This document shows, in pieces, positions 1 to 9,368 of a stretch of 64,000 nucleotides of DNA. The stretch comes from Bacteroidota bacterium (GTDB lineage Bacteria; Bacteroidota; Bacteroidia; Bacteroidales; F082), in assembly GCA_045267845.1 (NCBI GenBank), contig JASFZK010000057.1:792-64791 (forward strand). The letters run 5' to 3'. The notes below the pieces were generated by a model. The model saw only the letters and a program-made list of their open reading frames with translations, did not search any database and was not told where the DNA came from. Within the stretch, counting starts at the first letter, position 1; every line of letters starts with the position of its first letter. A program made the position numbers and the translations under genes.

Positions 1-68
1 CCTATTTTGGTGGTAGTTTATCTAAAAACAAACCGTATACAATATTGATATATTTGTAGGTATTTAGG

Positions 69-983
69 TTAGGAAAATGAAATACTGCTTAAAAGACTTC
101 CTTTTTTTACTTCTATTTTAACTCTTCTTCCCATAACCAAAGCTCTATTATCATCAATATGCCCAGCTGGGAAATTAAAATAAACAGGATAATCAAATTC
201 ACATACAGTATCAAGTATAATTTCTTCAGCAGTTTTTCCAAATGGGATAATATTATCATTCATTTGGGTCATGCCACCAACTATTAATCCTGCAAGATTA
301 GATAGTTTTCCTGCTCTTTTTAAACCTATCATCACACGATCGATATGATAGAGATATTCGTCAAGGTCTTCCAAGAAAAGAATTTTTCCATCAGTTTCAG
401 GAAAGGAGATACTGCCTAACAAACTATAAAGTACCGACAAATTACCTCCTACCAACTCAGCATATGCTATTCCATTTCTGTTTAAAGAATGTGTTTCAAT
501 TTCATAGCTTGGGTATTTTCCAAAAAGAACATCGAACAATGAATCTAATACCTGTTTCGTATTATCTTTAAAATTAATTGGCATTGAGGCATGTAAGGTT
601 TGAATGCCAAAATTTGTAACTACATGATTATGGAAAACAGTTATGTCGCTATAACCAACAAGCCATTTTGGGTTAGATACAAAATTACTAAAGTCAATCT
701 TGTCAATTATTCGGACACTACCATATCCTCCACGGGCAAAAAACACAGCCTTAACAGCTTCATCGTCAAGCATCTTTTGTAATTCAGCCGCCCTTACATC
801 ATCACTCCCGGCAAATTGATTATCTACATCAAAAAGATTTTCAGAATACACAACATCTAGTCCATAACCCCTAATTATTTTAAAGGAAGATTCTAACTCC
901 TCTTTACTAATTTTGCGTGCTGATGCAACAATTGCAATCTTATCACCCTTTTTAAGGAATACAGGACTTATCATTTTGAACAT
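69..983 (-). CDS. LD-carboxypeptidase, peptidase family S66 (LdcA/MccF-like)
   Basis: 304-aa ORF; S66 nucleophile motif GYSDITV and C-terminal His motif FPAGHIDDN; alternative start Met4 at 974. Confidence 0.8.
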   Translation of the reverse strand: MFKMISPVFLKKGDKIAIVASARKISKEELESSFKIIRGYGLDVVYSENLFDVDNQFAGSDDVRAAELQKMLDDEAVKAVFFARGGYGSVRIIDKIDFSNFVSNPKWLVGYSDITVFHNHVVTNFGIQTLHASMPINFKDNTKQVLDSLFDVLFGKYPSYEIETHSLNRNGIAYAELVGGNLSVLYSLLGSISFPETDGKILFLEDLDEYLYHIDRVMIGLKRAGKLSNLAGLIVGGMTQMNDNIIPFGKTAEEIILDTVCEFDYPVYFNFPAGHIDDNRALVMGRRVKIEVKKGSLLSSISFS

Positions 984-1043
984 ATTAATTAACTTTGCCG
1001 AAAATAGTGATTTTTTTAATTGATTTTAAGAGTAGAGCTAAGC

Positions 1044-1180
1044 GGAATATGAATATAAGGTATAAGGGGAATATAGGTTTATGGAAATAGGCAGTAAAGA
1101 TAATTTTTTATAAAAAATATATGTCTAAAAAAATATTGCTTTTTCTACTAAACCCATATTCCCAATATTTCCCATACTCC
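1044..1180. repeat. long imperfect palindrome built from GGAATAT-type words
   Basis: Centre ATTTTTTA/TAAAAAAT at 1103-1118; GGGAATATAGGTTT pairs with AAACCCATATTCCC. Confidence 0.75.
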
Positions 1181-1221
1181 ATCAAACAGATCAATAACAA
1201 ACTAATTATACAACAACTAAA

Positions 1222-3267
1222 ATGACAGATTTCAAAAGATACACCATAACATCGGCACTTCCATATGCCAATGGTCCAATTCATATAGGTCACCTTGCTG
1301 GGGTTTACGTACCTGCTGATATTTATGCCCGATATTTAAGGATGAATAATAAGGATGTACTTTTTATTGGTGGCTCTGACGAACATGGGGTTCCAATTAC
1401 TATAAAGGCCCGGCAGTTAGGTGTTACACCCCAGGATATAGTTGATAAATATCATGGTATTATTAAAAAGTCGTTTGAAGATTTTGGAATTTCTTTTGAT
1501 GTTTATTCACGTACATCTGCACCAATCCACCATAGCACTGCCTCTGATTTTTTTACTAAACTTTATGAAAATGATAAGTTTATTGAAAAAACCAATATGC
1601 AATACTACGACACAGAAAACAAACAGTTTTTAGCCGATAGATATATTACCGGAACCTGTCCTCACTGCGGTTATGAAAAAGCATATGGTGATCAATGCGA
1701 AAGCTGTGGAACATCACTAAGTCCACTTGAATTAAAGAATCCAAAATCTGCATTAAGCGGAAATGTTCCTGTATTAAAAGAAACAAAACATTGGTACTTA
1801 CCTCTTGATCAATATGAAGGCTGGCTTGATGAGTGGATTATTAAAGGTCATAAGGATGACTGGAAACCAAATGTTTACGGACAGGTTAAAGCATGGGTGG
1901 ACCAAGGTTTACGTCCTCGTGCAGTAACTCGCGATTTAAATTGGGGCGTTGAAGTTCCCCTAAAAGATGCTGAAGGAAAAGTGTTGTACGTATGGTTTGA
2001 TGCACCAATTGGATATATTTCGGCTGCCAAAGAGTGGAGTGAAAAAACTGGTAACGATTGGCAACCATACTGGAAAGATAAAGATACTAAACTTCTTCAT
2101 TTTATTGGTAAAGACAATATCGTTTTTCATTGTATAATTTTCCCTGCCATGCTTAAAGCAGAAGGTAGTTTTATCCTTCCTGAAAATGTACCTGCAAATG
2201 AATTCCTCAATCTTGAAAACGATAAAATATCAACTTCACGCAATTGGGCAGTATGGTTACATGAATACCTTGAGGAATTCCCTGATAAACAGGATGTATT
2301 ACGATATGTGCTAACAGCAAATGCCCCCGAAACAAAAGATAACGATTTTACTTGGAAAGATTTCCAGGCAAGAAACAATAATGAACTACTTGCAATTTTT
2401 GGGAATTTTGTAAATCGCACACTGGTGCTAACCCAAAAGTATTTTGATGGAATAGTTCCTGAGTTAGGTGAACTTAATGATGAGTCTAAAAAAACTCTAG
2501 AAGAACTTGCAAAATATCCAGATATTATTGCCAGCAGTATCGAAAGATATAGGTTTAGAGAGGCACTTAGTGAATTAATGAATCTGGCTCGACTTGGCAA
2601 TAAATATCTTACAGATATGGAGCCATGGAAAATCTTCAAAACAGATCTTGAAAAAGTAAAGCAGGTGCTTAATGTTTCGTTACAAATTGTGGCTAACTTA
2701 TCAGTGTTATCAGAGCCGTTTCTTCCATTTACATCTGCCAAGTTGCAGAAAATGATTAATATTAATGAATTAAAATGGGAAGATGGCGGAAGAGCTGACT
2801 TGCTTAAACCGGGGCAAGAACTTAACAAACCCGAGTTGCTATTTGAAAGAATTGAAGATAAAGAAATTGAAGCTCAGGTTCAAAAACTACTGGATACCAA
2901 AAAGAAAAATGAAGCAGATGTGCCTGCCAAACCATCAAAACCAACAATTGAGTTTGATGATTTCATGAAAATGGACATCAGAACAGGGACCATACTTGAA
3001 GCTGAAAAAGTACCAAAAACAAAAAAACTACTTAAAATACTGGTAGATACTGGCATCGATAAACGAACAGTGGTTTCGGGAATTGCGGAATATTATAAAC
3101 CAGAAGACATCATTGGTAACAAAGTTAGTATTTTAGTAAATCTTGCTCCTCGAAAATTACGTGGCATCGAGTCGCAAGGAATGATATTGATGGCCGAGGA
3201 TAAAGATGGTAAACTTTGTTTCGTTGAACCAACCGAAGAAGTAAGTAATGGCAGTGAAATTAAGTAG
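1222..3267 (+). CDS. metG: methionine--tRNA ligase
   Basis: 681 aa; class I HIGH motif (PIHIGHLAG), KMSKS variant KISTSRN, zinc knuckles CPHCG/CESCG, C-terminal EMAPII/Trbp111-like tRNA-binding domain ([13 protein letters not shown]). Confidence 0.97.
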   Translation: MTDFKRYTITSALPYANGPIHIGHLAGVYVPADIYARYLRMNNKDVLFIGGSDEHGVPITIKARQLGVTPQDIVDKYHGIIKKSFEDFGISFDVYSRTSAPIHHSTASDFFTKLYENDKFIEKTNMQYYDTENKQFLADRYITGTCPHCGYEKAYGDQCESCGTSLSPLELKNPKSALSGNVPVLKETKHWYLPLDQYEGWLDEWIIKGHKDDWKPNVYGQVKAWVDQGLRPRAVTRDLNWGVEVPLKDAEGKVLYVWFDAPIGYISAAKEWSEKTGNDWQPYWKDKDTKLLHFIGKDNIVFHCIIFPAMLKAEGSFILPENVPANEFLNLENDKISTSRNWAVWLHEYLEEFPDKQDVLRYVLTANAPETKDNDFTWKDFQARNNNELLAIFGNFVNRTLVLTQKYFDGIVPELGELNDESKKTLEELAKYPDIIASSIERYRFREALSELMNLARLGNKYLTDMEPWKIFKTDLEKVKQVLNVSLQIVANLSVLSEPFLPFTSAKLQKMININELKWEDGGRADLLKPGQELNKPELLFERIEDKEIEAQVQKLLDTKKKNEADVPAKPSKPTIEFDDFMKMDIRTGTILEAEKVPKTKKLLKILVDTGIDKRTVVSGIAEYYKPEDIIGNKVSILVNLAPRKLRGIESQGMILMAEDKDGKLCFVEPTEEVSNGSEIK

Positions 3268-3274
3268 TATGTAA

Positions 3275-3309
3275 TGAAGCTGGAAGTTAGAAGTCACGAA
3301 TTGAAGTAT
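3275..3309 (+). repeat. inverse-complement 7-nt array (nGAAGTn)
   Basis: tgaagct ggaagtt agaagtc acgaatt gaagtat; can pair with 3474-3515. Confidence 0.8.
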
Positions 3310-3473
3310 AATCATAATGGTAGTGAAATTTAAATTTGAGAAATTAGTTATTTGGCATAAAGCAAAAAGAAGAAATTATTGTATAGAACAAGAATTTGAA
3401 ACATACTATAATGAAGTATTTAACCTTATGAATATGATGATCGCATTTAAAAAAAGTGTAAAATGACAATCCA

Positions 3474-3515
3474 AACTTCCAACTTCCAACTTCTGACTTC
3501 TGACTTCTGACTTGT
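3474..3515 (+). repeat. 6 x 7-nt tandem array (AACTTCC/GACTTCT)
   Basis: aacttcc aacttcc aacttct gacttct gacttct gacttgt. Confidence 0.95.
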
Positions 3516-3538
3516 AGCTCCCAACCAAAAAAAAAAAT

Positions 3539-4606
3539 ATGAACAAAACTGATATTCAATCAAATCCAGCACTAACATTTGCCGCATATCTTATTATTAT
3601 TAGCGTGGCCATGTATGCATCGTCTATTATTACCCCGATATTATTAGCTCTATTTATTAGCATTATATTAGCACAGCCTATAAAATGGCTCGAAAAAAAG
3701 AAAATCCCAAATGGTTGGGCAGTAACTATGGTGTTAACAGGTTCCTTTTTGCTCTTCTTTGGGATGGGTGAAATAATTGCTCAGTCGGTTGCACAGTTTA
3801 CACAAGATGCACCACAATATGCTGACAAACTCTCAAATTTATCAACATCCATATTTAATACTTTACACGGATTTGGTTTCGATTTGTCAATCGACAATAT
3901 AGAAAATACAGTTAACCCTGGCAAAGTAATGGGCTATGGAGCACTATTTTTAGGTGAGATTGGTAGCCTAATGGGGAATTTATTTTTAATAGTATTCGTG
4001 TTGATTTTTGTTTTATTGGAAATTAATAGTTTCTCAGTAAAGATGAACGCAATTATTGATACTTCAGATGGCGCTGTAAGCTATTTTTCAAGAATTGCTG
4101 ATAGTATTCGTCAATATTTAGGACTCATGACAATAATTAGTCTGCTCACAGGAATACTTGTTTGGCTTGCGCTTGTCATTATTGGTGTTAAATATGCCAT
4201 CCTGTGGGCATTTTTGGCGTTTCTATTAAATTTCATACCTAATATTGGGTCAATTGTAGCGGGTGTACCAGCCATATTATTTGCAGCTGTTCAATTGGGA
4301 TTTGGTGGTGCCATGTGGACTTTGGGCACTTACCTTGCTATAAATATGGTAGTTGGTAACGTAATTCAACCATCAATTATGGGCAAAGGATTGGGTTTAT
4401 CAACACTTATAGTTTTTATATCATTGATTTTTTGGGGATTCATTTTTGGTACAGTTGGTATGTTTCTGTCGGTACCACTTACAATGATTGTAAAAATTAT
4501 ACTGGAGCAAAAAGAAAGTACTAAATGGATTGCAATTATGTTGGGAACTGTTGATGAGGCTCAGTCTATTGTTGACGGGAATAAATCACGACTTGGCACA
4601 AGCTGA
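3539..4606 (+). CDS. AI-2E family (PerM/UPF0118) transporter
   Basis: 355 aa, about 8 hydrophobic segments, conserved blocks FLLNFIPNIGSIVAGVP and GMFLSVPLT typical of this permease family. Confidence 0.8.
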   Translation: MNKTDIQSNPALTFAAYLIIISVAMYASSIITPILLALFISIILAQPIKWLEKKKIPNGWAVTMVLTGSFLLFFGMGEIIAQSVAQFTQDAPQYADKLSNLSTSIFNTLHGFGFDLSIDNIENTVNPGKVMGYGALFLGEIGSLMGNLFLIVFVLIFVLLEINSFSVKMNAIIDTSDGAVSYFSRIADSIRQYLGLMTIISLLTGILVWLALVIIGVKYAILWAFLAFLLNFIPNIGSIVAGVPAILFAAVQLGFGGAMWTLGTYLAINMVVGNVIQPSIMGKGLGLSTLIVFISLIFWGFIFGTVGMFLSVPLTMIVKIILEQKESTKWIAIMLGTVDEAQSIVDGNKSRLGTS

Positions 4607-4683
4607 AAACATGTATGATATCAGAGTGAAAGAATTACAATATATAGTAAAAAATACAACTTTATTAAAGTTTCGAATATATT

Positions 4684-6672
4684 CTACGCAATCCCCCTTA
4701 TAAATTCTTCCAAATCAGCTTCCACATCTAAAGCAAGTTTTTTCTTTAACCTGTAACGTGAGCTTTTAATAGAGTTTGGCGCCACGTTTAATACCGATGC
4801 CATTTCTTTACTATTCATATTTAGCTTTATTAGGGCACACAGTCGATGATCGTTGGTGGTAAGATCAGGATTTATTTCATTTAGCTTACTATAGAAATTA
4901 CGGTTTACATCCTCAAAATAAAGTTTAAATACATCCCAGTCTTTTTGTGAACGTAGGCTTTTATTAATTTGCAAATTAATACGTTTAAAATCGGGCTTAT
5001 CATCAATACTTGCCCTTTTTGATAGTGTTTTTAAATCTGATTGCATTTCGTGCAGCGTAGCATTTTTCTGCATCATGTGTAAGGCATGTGTGCTTAGTTG
5101 TTTCGATTTATAAAGAATTGATTGTTGTAATTCTTCTTCCTTCAATTTGCTTTTTTCAAGTTCCGCAGATGCAAGTTCTTTTTCTTTTTTGTATACAATT
5201 TCTTTTTGTCTTTGAATTTGCCCATCCTTTTTTCGCTTAACAATAATTAGCAAACCAATTATTGTAACCAAAACTAAAATCAAAATGATAACGATTATAA
5301 AAGTATTTTGCCTGTTTTTAAGAATTTTATTTTCAAGCACTTGACGTTCCTTATCTTTCATTAAAAGAATTATTTCCTGCTCCTTTTTTGATGTTTCAAA
5401 CTCAGTTTGTAAACGATTAAACCTTTCGCTATTATCAACATTAAACAAACTATCGTGGAGATTTGTATAAAGTTTATGATAATGCAGTGACTGTTTGTAA
5501 TTGCCAAGTTCTTCATAGATATTTGATAATAACAACTTATTATTTGTTAACAAGTCCATTTCGTCAGTTTCACTAATTATTATTTTAGCACGATTTGCAT
5601 ACTCAAGAGCATTATTCAAATCATTAGAATCGTAATATAACTTTGCTAAATTTTGGCAAGCTGTGGATGTATGTTGTTTGTTACCAAGTTTAGTACCAAT
5701 TTTAAGGGCTTCAATAAGATAGTTTTCAGCTTTAATTACTTCACCTTTTCCAGCATAAAGAGTACTTAGATTAATTAAGGATGTTGCTATACCTATTCCA
5801 ATATTTGATTTTCTACTTATTTCTAATGATCTGTTGTAGTTTTTAATTGCTCCACCAGTATCTCCCATCTGATTGTACGCCATACCAATATTGTTGTAGC
5901 ATTTCCGAATGTTAAACGAATCTTTAAGGGGTATAAATAGTTCATTTGCATCTGCAAAGTAATCTATTGCTTCATCGTTTCTATTTGCAGATAAATAAAC
6001 AATTCCTATATTAACGAGCGATTTGGCAATTTGCTTTGAAGTGGAATTAATTTCAACCTTCAACTTATAGGCTTCGGTAGCATAATATAATGCAGAATCG
6101 TACTGCCCTATATTATTAAGCGAAATCCCATAATTTGACATCATTGTAGCCTGATGTTTTTTACTGATATTTGGCTCTCCTTCATGTTGTTTCCAATATG
6201 GTGCAAATAAGTCAATACCTACCCTAAACTGCTTTGCCGATGTACCAAATTCTCCCATGCGCTGCAATGCGAGCCCTTTCATTGTGGAAGTCTTCATAAT
6301 ATTGAGGGTGTCATAGTTATGTATGTAACCTGCAAGTGCCTTACTATAGTATTTGTTAGCCGAATCATTTTGTTGTAACCTCACATAATTGTACGCTATT
6401 TGATAAGCAATATCAGCCGACTGTTCTAAATTTAGATTGTTTGAAATCAAGTAAGCTTCTTTATATGCACCTATGCTTTCGTTCCTGTTAACTATGGCAT
6501 ATGATTTTCCCAAATGCTTAAGAGTTGTTAGCCTTTCTTTGCCTTTTTGATTCTCCAAAACTATTTTGAGACTATCAATATTGGATGGAGAGCATATTGC
6601 TCTGTTTGGTATTATAAGAGCAATCAGGAAAACGAAAATTGTTCGGTAAATATTAATAGCTGTCTTTTTCAT
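4684..6672 (-). CDS. TPR-repeat, single-TM, LuxR/GerE-type HTH one-component regulator
   Basis: 662 aa; N-terminal signal/anchor, many 34-aa TPR-like units, TM segment FIIVIILILVLVTIIGLLIIV, coiled coil, C-terminal HTH LTTNDHRLCALIKLNMNSKEMASVLNVAPNSIKSSRYRLKKKL. Confidence 0.8.
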   Translation of the reverse strand: MKKTAINIYRTIFVFLIALIIPNRAICSPSNIDSLKIVLENQKGKERLTTLKHLGKSYAIVNRNESIGAYKEAYLISNNLNLEQSADIAYQIAYNYVRLQQNDSANKYYSKALAGYIHNYDTLNIMKTSTMKGLALQRMGEFGTSAKQFRVGIDLFAPYWKQHEGEPNISKKHQATMMSNYGISLNNIGQYDSALYYATEAYKLKVEINSTSKQIAKSLVNIGIVYLSANRNDEAIDYFADANELFIPLKDSFNIRKCYNNIGMAYNQMGDTGGAIKNYNRSLEISRKSNIGIGIATSLINLSTLYAGKGEVIKAENYLIEALKIGTKLGNKQHTSTACQNLAKLYYDSNDLNNALEYANRAKIIISETDEMDLLTNNKLLLSNIYEELGNYKQSLHYHKLYTNLHDSLFNVDNSERFNRLQTEFETSKKEQEIILLMKDKERQVLENKILKNRQNTFIIVIILILVLVTIIGLLIIVKRKKDGQIQRQKEIVYKKEKELASAELEKSKLKEEELQQSILYKSKQLSTHALHMMQKNATLHEMQSDLKTLSKRASIDDKPDFKRINLQINKSLRSQKDWDVFKLYFEDVNRNFYSKLNEINPDLTTNDHRLCALIKLNMNSKEMASVLNVAPNSIKSSRYRLKKKLALDVEADLEEFIRGIA

Positions 6673-6711
6673 CTTTTGTCTTTATAAATGCATATATAGC
6701 TTTTTTTCACC

Positions 6712-8691
6712 TCATTCGGATTTGTAATCCACACCTACCCCCAACCCTCTAATAAATTCTTCCAAATCAGCTTCCACATCTAATCCAAGTTTTTTCTTTA
6801 ATCTGTAACGTGAACTTTTTATGCTATTTGGCGCTACATTTAATACCGATGCCATTTCCTTGCTATTCATATTTAGTTTTATGAGTGCGCAAAGGCGGTG
6901 GTCGTTGGTAGTAAGTTCTGGATTAATTTCATTTAGCTTTTCATAAAAATTCTTGTTTACATCTTCAAAATAAAGTTTAAAAACATCCCAATCTTTGTGC
7001 GAACGCAGACTTTGATTAATTTGCATATTGATGCGTTTAAAATCAGATTTATCATCAATGCTGGCTTTTTTCGATAGTGTTTTTATGTCAGACTGCATTT
7101 CGTGCAACATGGTGTTTTTCTGCATCATATGCAAGGCATGGGTACTTAGTTGTTTTGATTTGTAAAGAATTGATTGTTGTAGTTCTTCTTCCTTGAGTTT
7201 ACTTTTTTCAAGTTCTGCTGTAGCAAGTTCTTTTTCCTTTTTATGTACAATCTCCTTTTGACGTTGAATTTGTTTATCTTTTTTGCGTTTATGTAGTATG
7301 CCTATTAAAACCAATATAAACACAATTAGTATTCCACCAAAAACTATTTCCTGTGATTGTTTCTCTGATTTTTCGATTTCTTGCTGGTGCTCCAACTCCA
7401 ATATTTGTTGTTCTTTTTTAGATGTTTCGTATTTAGTTTCCAGTTCAGCAATCTTTAATTGTACCTTTTCTCCAGTAGTACTATCAATATACTGCTTGTA
7501 TGCTTTATAGTAATTAAAAGCATTTTTGTAATTATTTGTTTCTTCGTAAACTAGCGAGAGCCTGGAAAGTGAGGCTTGATAGATAATCCAGTAGTTTATT
7601 TTTTTTGATACAGATAAGGATTTTAGCAGATAGTATTCTGCTGAATCATAATTATATATTGCATAATATACGTCACCTAGAGAATAATCAACATGACAAA
7701 CATGTTTTTCCATTTTTAGCAAATTAAATATACTTTTTGAATATCTAAAAGCTGATAATGCTTTATCAACGCTATCGCTCCTCATTAAAGCATTTCCAAT
7801 GTTTATATATAAACTTGCTATCCTGCGTTTATCATTAAGTTTTTCTAGTATACTTTCTATTTCATAGTAAATCATTAGTGCCGAATCTTGTTTTCTTTGT
7901 CCGCTATATAAACCTGCAATATCAGTCATTACAAGCCTGTATAATTCGGTATGCTCTTTTTTTATGAGATATCTTTTGGCTTTATATAAATTACTTTTTT
8001 GTTTCAATTGGTTATCCTTGCCAATATATAAAGAGGCCATAACTCTGTATGCGTCAGCAATAAACATACTGTCGTTTATTTTCTCGAAAAAGTTCAACGA
8101 TTTGATAGTATACTCCATTGCAAGGTTATAATCACCTTTTGCTCGGTATAGTACATATATGTCTTTATACAGTTTAGCCATTTTTATTGAATCGCCATTT
8201 TCCATATAAATTTCCATTGCCTTTTGGCAGTTTTCTATGCCTTCATCATGTTCACCTCTATAATTATTAACATCACTTATAAGCGAATATGCTTTTGCAA
8301 GTAATTGGTAATTATCTGTTTGTTTATTCAGTTTTATGGCCTTTTGAGCAAACAAGGTGGTACTGTCAAAATCATTAAGTTCAATATAGGCAGAAGCACA
8401 GTTTATGTATGCTTTTTGTATTTGAGCATTATTATTTTCGTCTGCTGAGAGACTAAGCATTTTAAGTGCAGCTTCAAGACTTTTATCACTGTTCGATTTT
8501 ACGTATTCTTTACTTAATTTATCTAGCAATTCAATTTTTTTTATTCCCTTGGATGAATGTAATAAAGATTCCAGACTATCAATTTTACTTTCACTTTGAG
8601 TAAATCCATAGTTGGAAATACCAATTATTAATATGAAAACAATAAAAATAGGTTTATGAATGCGGTATGCATCAAATGAAAAACGTTTCAT
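6712..8691 (-). CDS. TPR-repeat, single-TM, LuxR/GerE-type HTH regulator (tandem paralogue)
   Basis: Same architecture as 4684-6672. Last ~185 aa are about 90% identical to it. Start placed at Met29 (MKRFSF..., 8691) because a minus-strand TATATTTG box lies at 8709-8716 inside the longer ORF. Confidence 0.8.
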   Translation of the reverse strand: MKRFSFDAYRIHKPIFIVFILIIGISNYGFTQSESKIDSLESLLHSSKGIKKIELLDKLSKEYVKSNSDKSLEAALKMLSLSADENNNAQIQKAYINCASAYIELNDFDSTTLFAQKAIKLNKQTDNYQLLAKAYSLISDVNNYRGEHDEGIENCQKAMEIYMENGDSIKMAKLYKDIYVLYRAKGDYNLAMEYTIKSLNFFEKINDSMFIADAYRVMASLYIGKDNQLKQKSNLYKAKRYLIKKEHTELYRLVMTDIAGLYSGQRKQDSALMIYYEIESILEKLNDKRRIASLYINIGNALMRSDSVDKALSAFRYSKSIFNLLKMEKHVCHVDYSLGDVYYAIYNYDSAEYYLLKSLSVSKKINYWIIYQASLSRLSLVYEETNNYKNAFNYYKAYKQYIDSTTGEKVQLKIAELETKYETSKKEQQILELEHQQEIEKSEKQSQEIVFGGILIVFILVLIGILHKRKKDKQIQRQKEIVHKKEKELATAELEKSKLKEEELQQSILYKSKQLSTHALHMMQKNTMLHEMQSDIKTLSKKASIDDKSDFKRINMQINQSLRSHKDWDVFKLYFEDVNKNFYEKLNEINPELTTNDHRLCALIKLNMNSKEMASVLNVAPNSIKSSRYRLKKKLGLDVEADLEEFIRGLGVGVDYKSE

Positions 8692-8708
8692 AATTAATAG
8701 GTTTTTGT

Positions 8709-8716
8709 CAAATATA
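8709..8716 (-). promoter_or_regulatory. TAnnTTTG -7 box (TATATTTG)
   Basis: 17 nt upstream of the 8691 start. Confidence 0.45.
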
Positions 8717-8936
8717 CTACTTACTAGATACATACCACTGTAAAAACTAATACATAAAAATGCATTTTTTGTCAAAATTTACTATATGTCTCATTTTCTG
8801 ACATATAAAAGAATCAATATCCCCAAATGCCTACTATTTGCATACCATAAAAATGATCTGTGCATACCGTTTGCTGTCCTTAATTATTATGTACAACTAA
8901 AAATGCACTCTATGTTTGCAGAAAAATTAACAGCAA

Positions 8937-9173
8937 ATGAACCAGTGCATAATAAATGTAGTTGAAAAGTCAGTCTTCATAGCATTCAATCAAATTGTTA
9001 AAAAGGGTCTAATTGAAGTTTGGATGATAAATGGAAAAGATATTCCTGTTTTTAGCAAAGACATCCTAAATACAAATTTTGAAAATTTGAAAGTAAATCT
9101 TGAAAAAGGTAAATACAGACTAGAAATTAAAATGGATGGACAGCAAATAACAAAAACAATAAATATAAATTAG
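8937..9173 (+). CDS. small ORF resembling an orphan T9SS C-terminal sorting domain
   Basis: 78 aa; ...WMINGKDIPVF...NLEKGKYRLEIKMDGQQITKTININ follows the beta-sandwich pattern of T9SS CTDs, but no cargo domain or signal peptide precedes it. Confidence 0.3.
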   Translation: MNQCIINVVEKSVFIAFNQIVKKGLIEVWMINGKDIPVFSKDILNTNFENLKVNLEKGKYRLEIKMDGQQITKTININ

Positions 9174-9222
9174 AGAAAATGTATTACACATTAAAGATAA
9201 ATCAAAGGTAGGAAATTTGGTT

Positions 9223-9288
9223 CTCAACGCTGACCCGCCGGGTTTTCATGCCTGCGGCAGGCAGGTTTCAACCCGTCGGGTCTTTGAG
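9223..9288. repeat. GC-rich nested hairpin
   Basis: CTCAA...GACCCGCCGGG...TGCCTGC-G-GCAGGCA...CCCGTCGGGTC...TTGAG. Confidence 0.8.
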
Positions 9289-9368
9289 TTGACTGTCATA
9301 TCAAAATGACAACTATATTTTTTGATTTACAAACCCTAATTAGAAAACACTTTTAAAATTATCATAAA

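Noticed and set aside
2127-2828. 233-aa minus-strand ORF inside metG
   Set aside because: Antisense to a CDS with unambiguous MetRS motifs. The product is Ser/Leu-rich low complexity with no start context.
3527-3537. A11 tract ending 1 nt before the AI-2E start codon, considered as a slipped-strand phase-variation switch
   Set aside because: It lies outside the CDS, and A-rich unstructured leaders are the normal translation-initiation context in Bacteroidota.
8692-8775. Longer N-terminal extension of the second TPR-LuxR ORF (start 8775)
   Set aside because: The extension has no signal or TM logic and contains the predicted -7 box; Met29 gives the same MK...hydrophobic leader as the paralogue.
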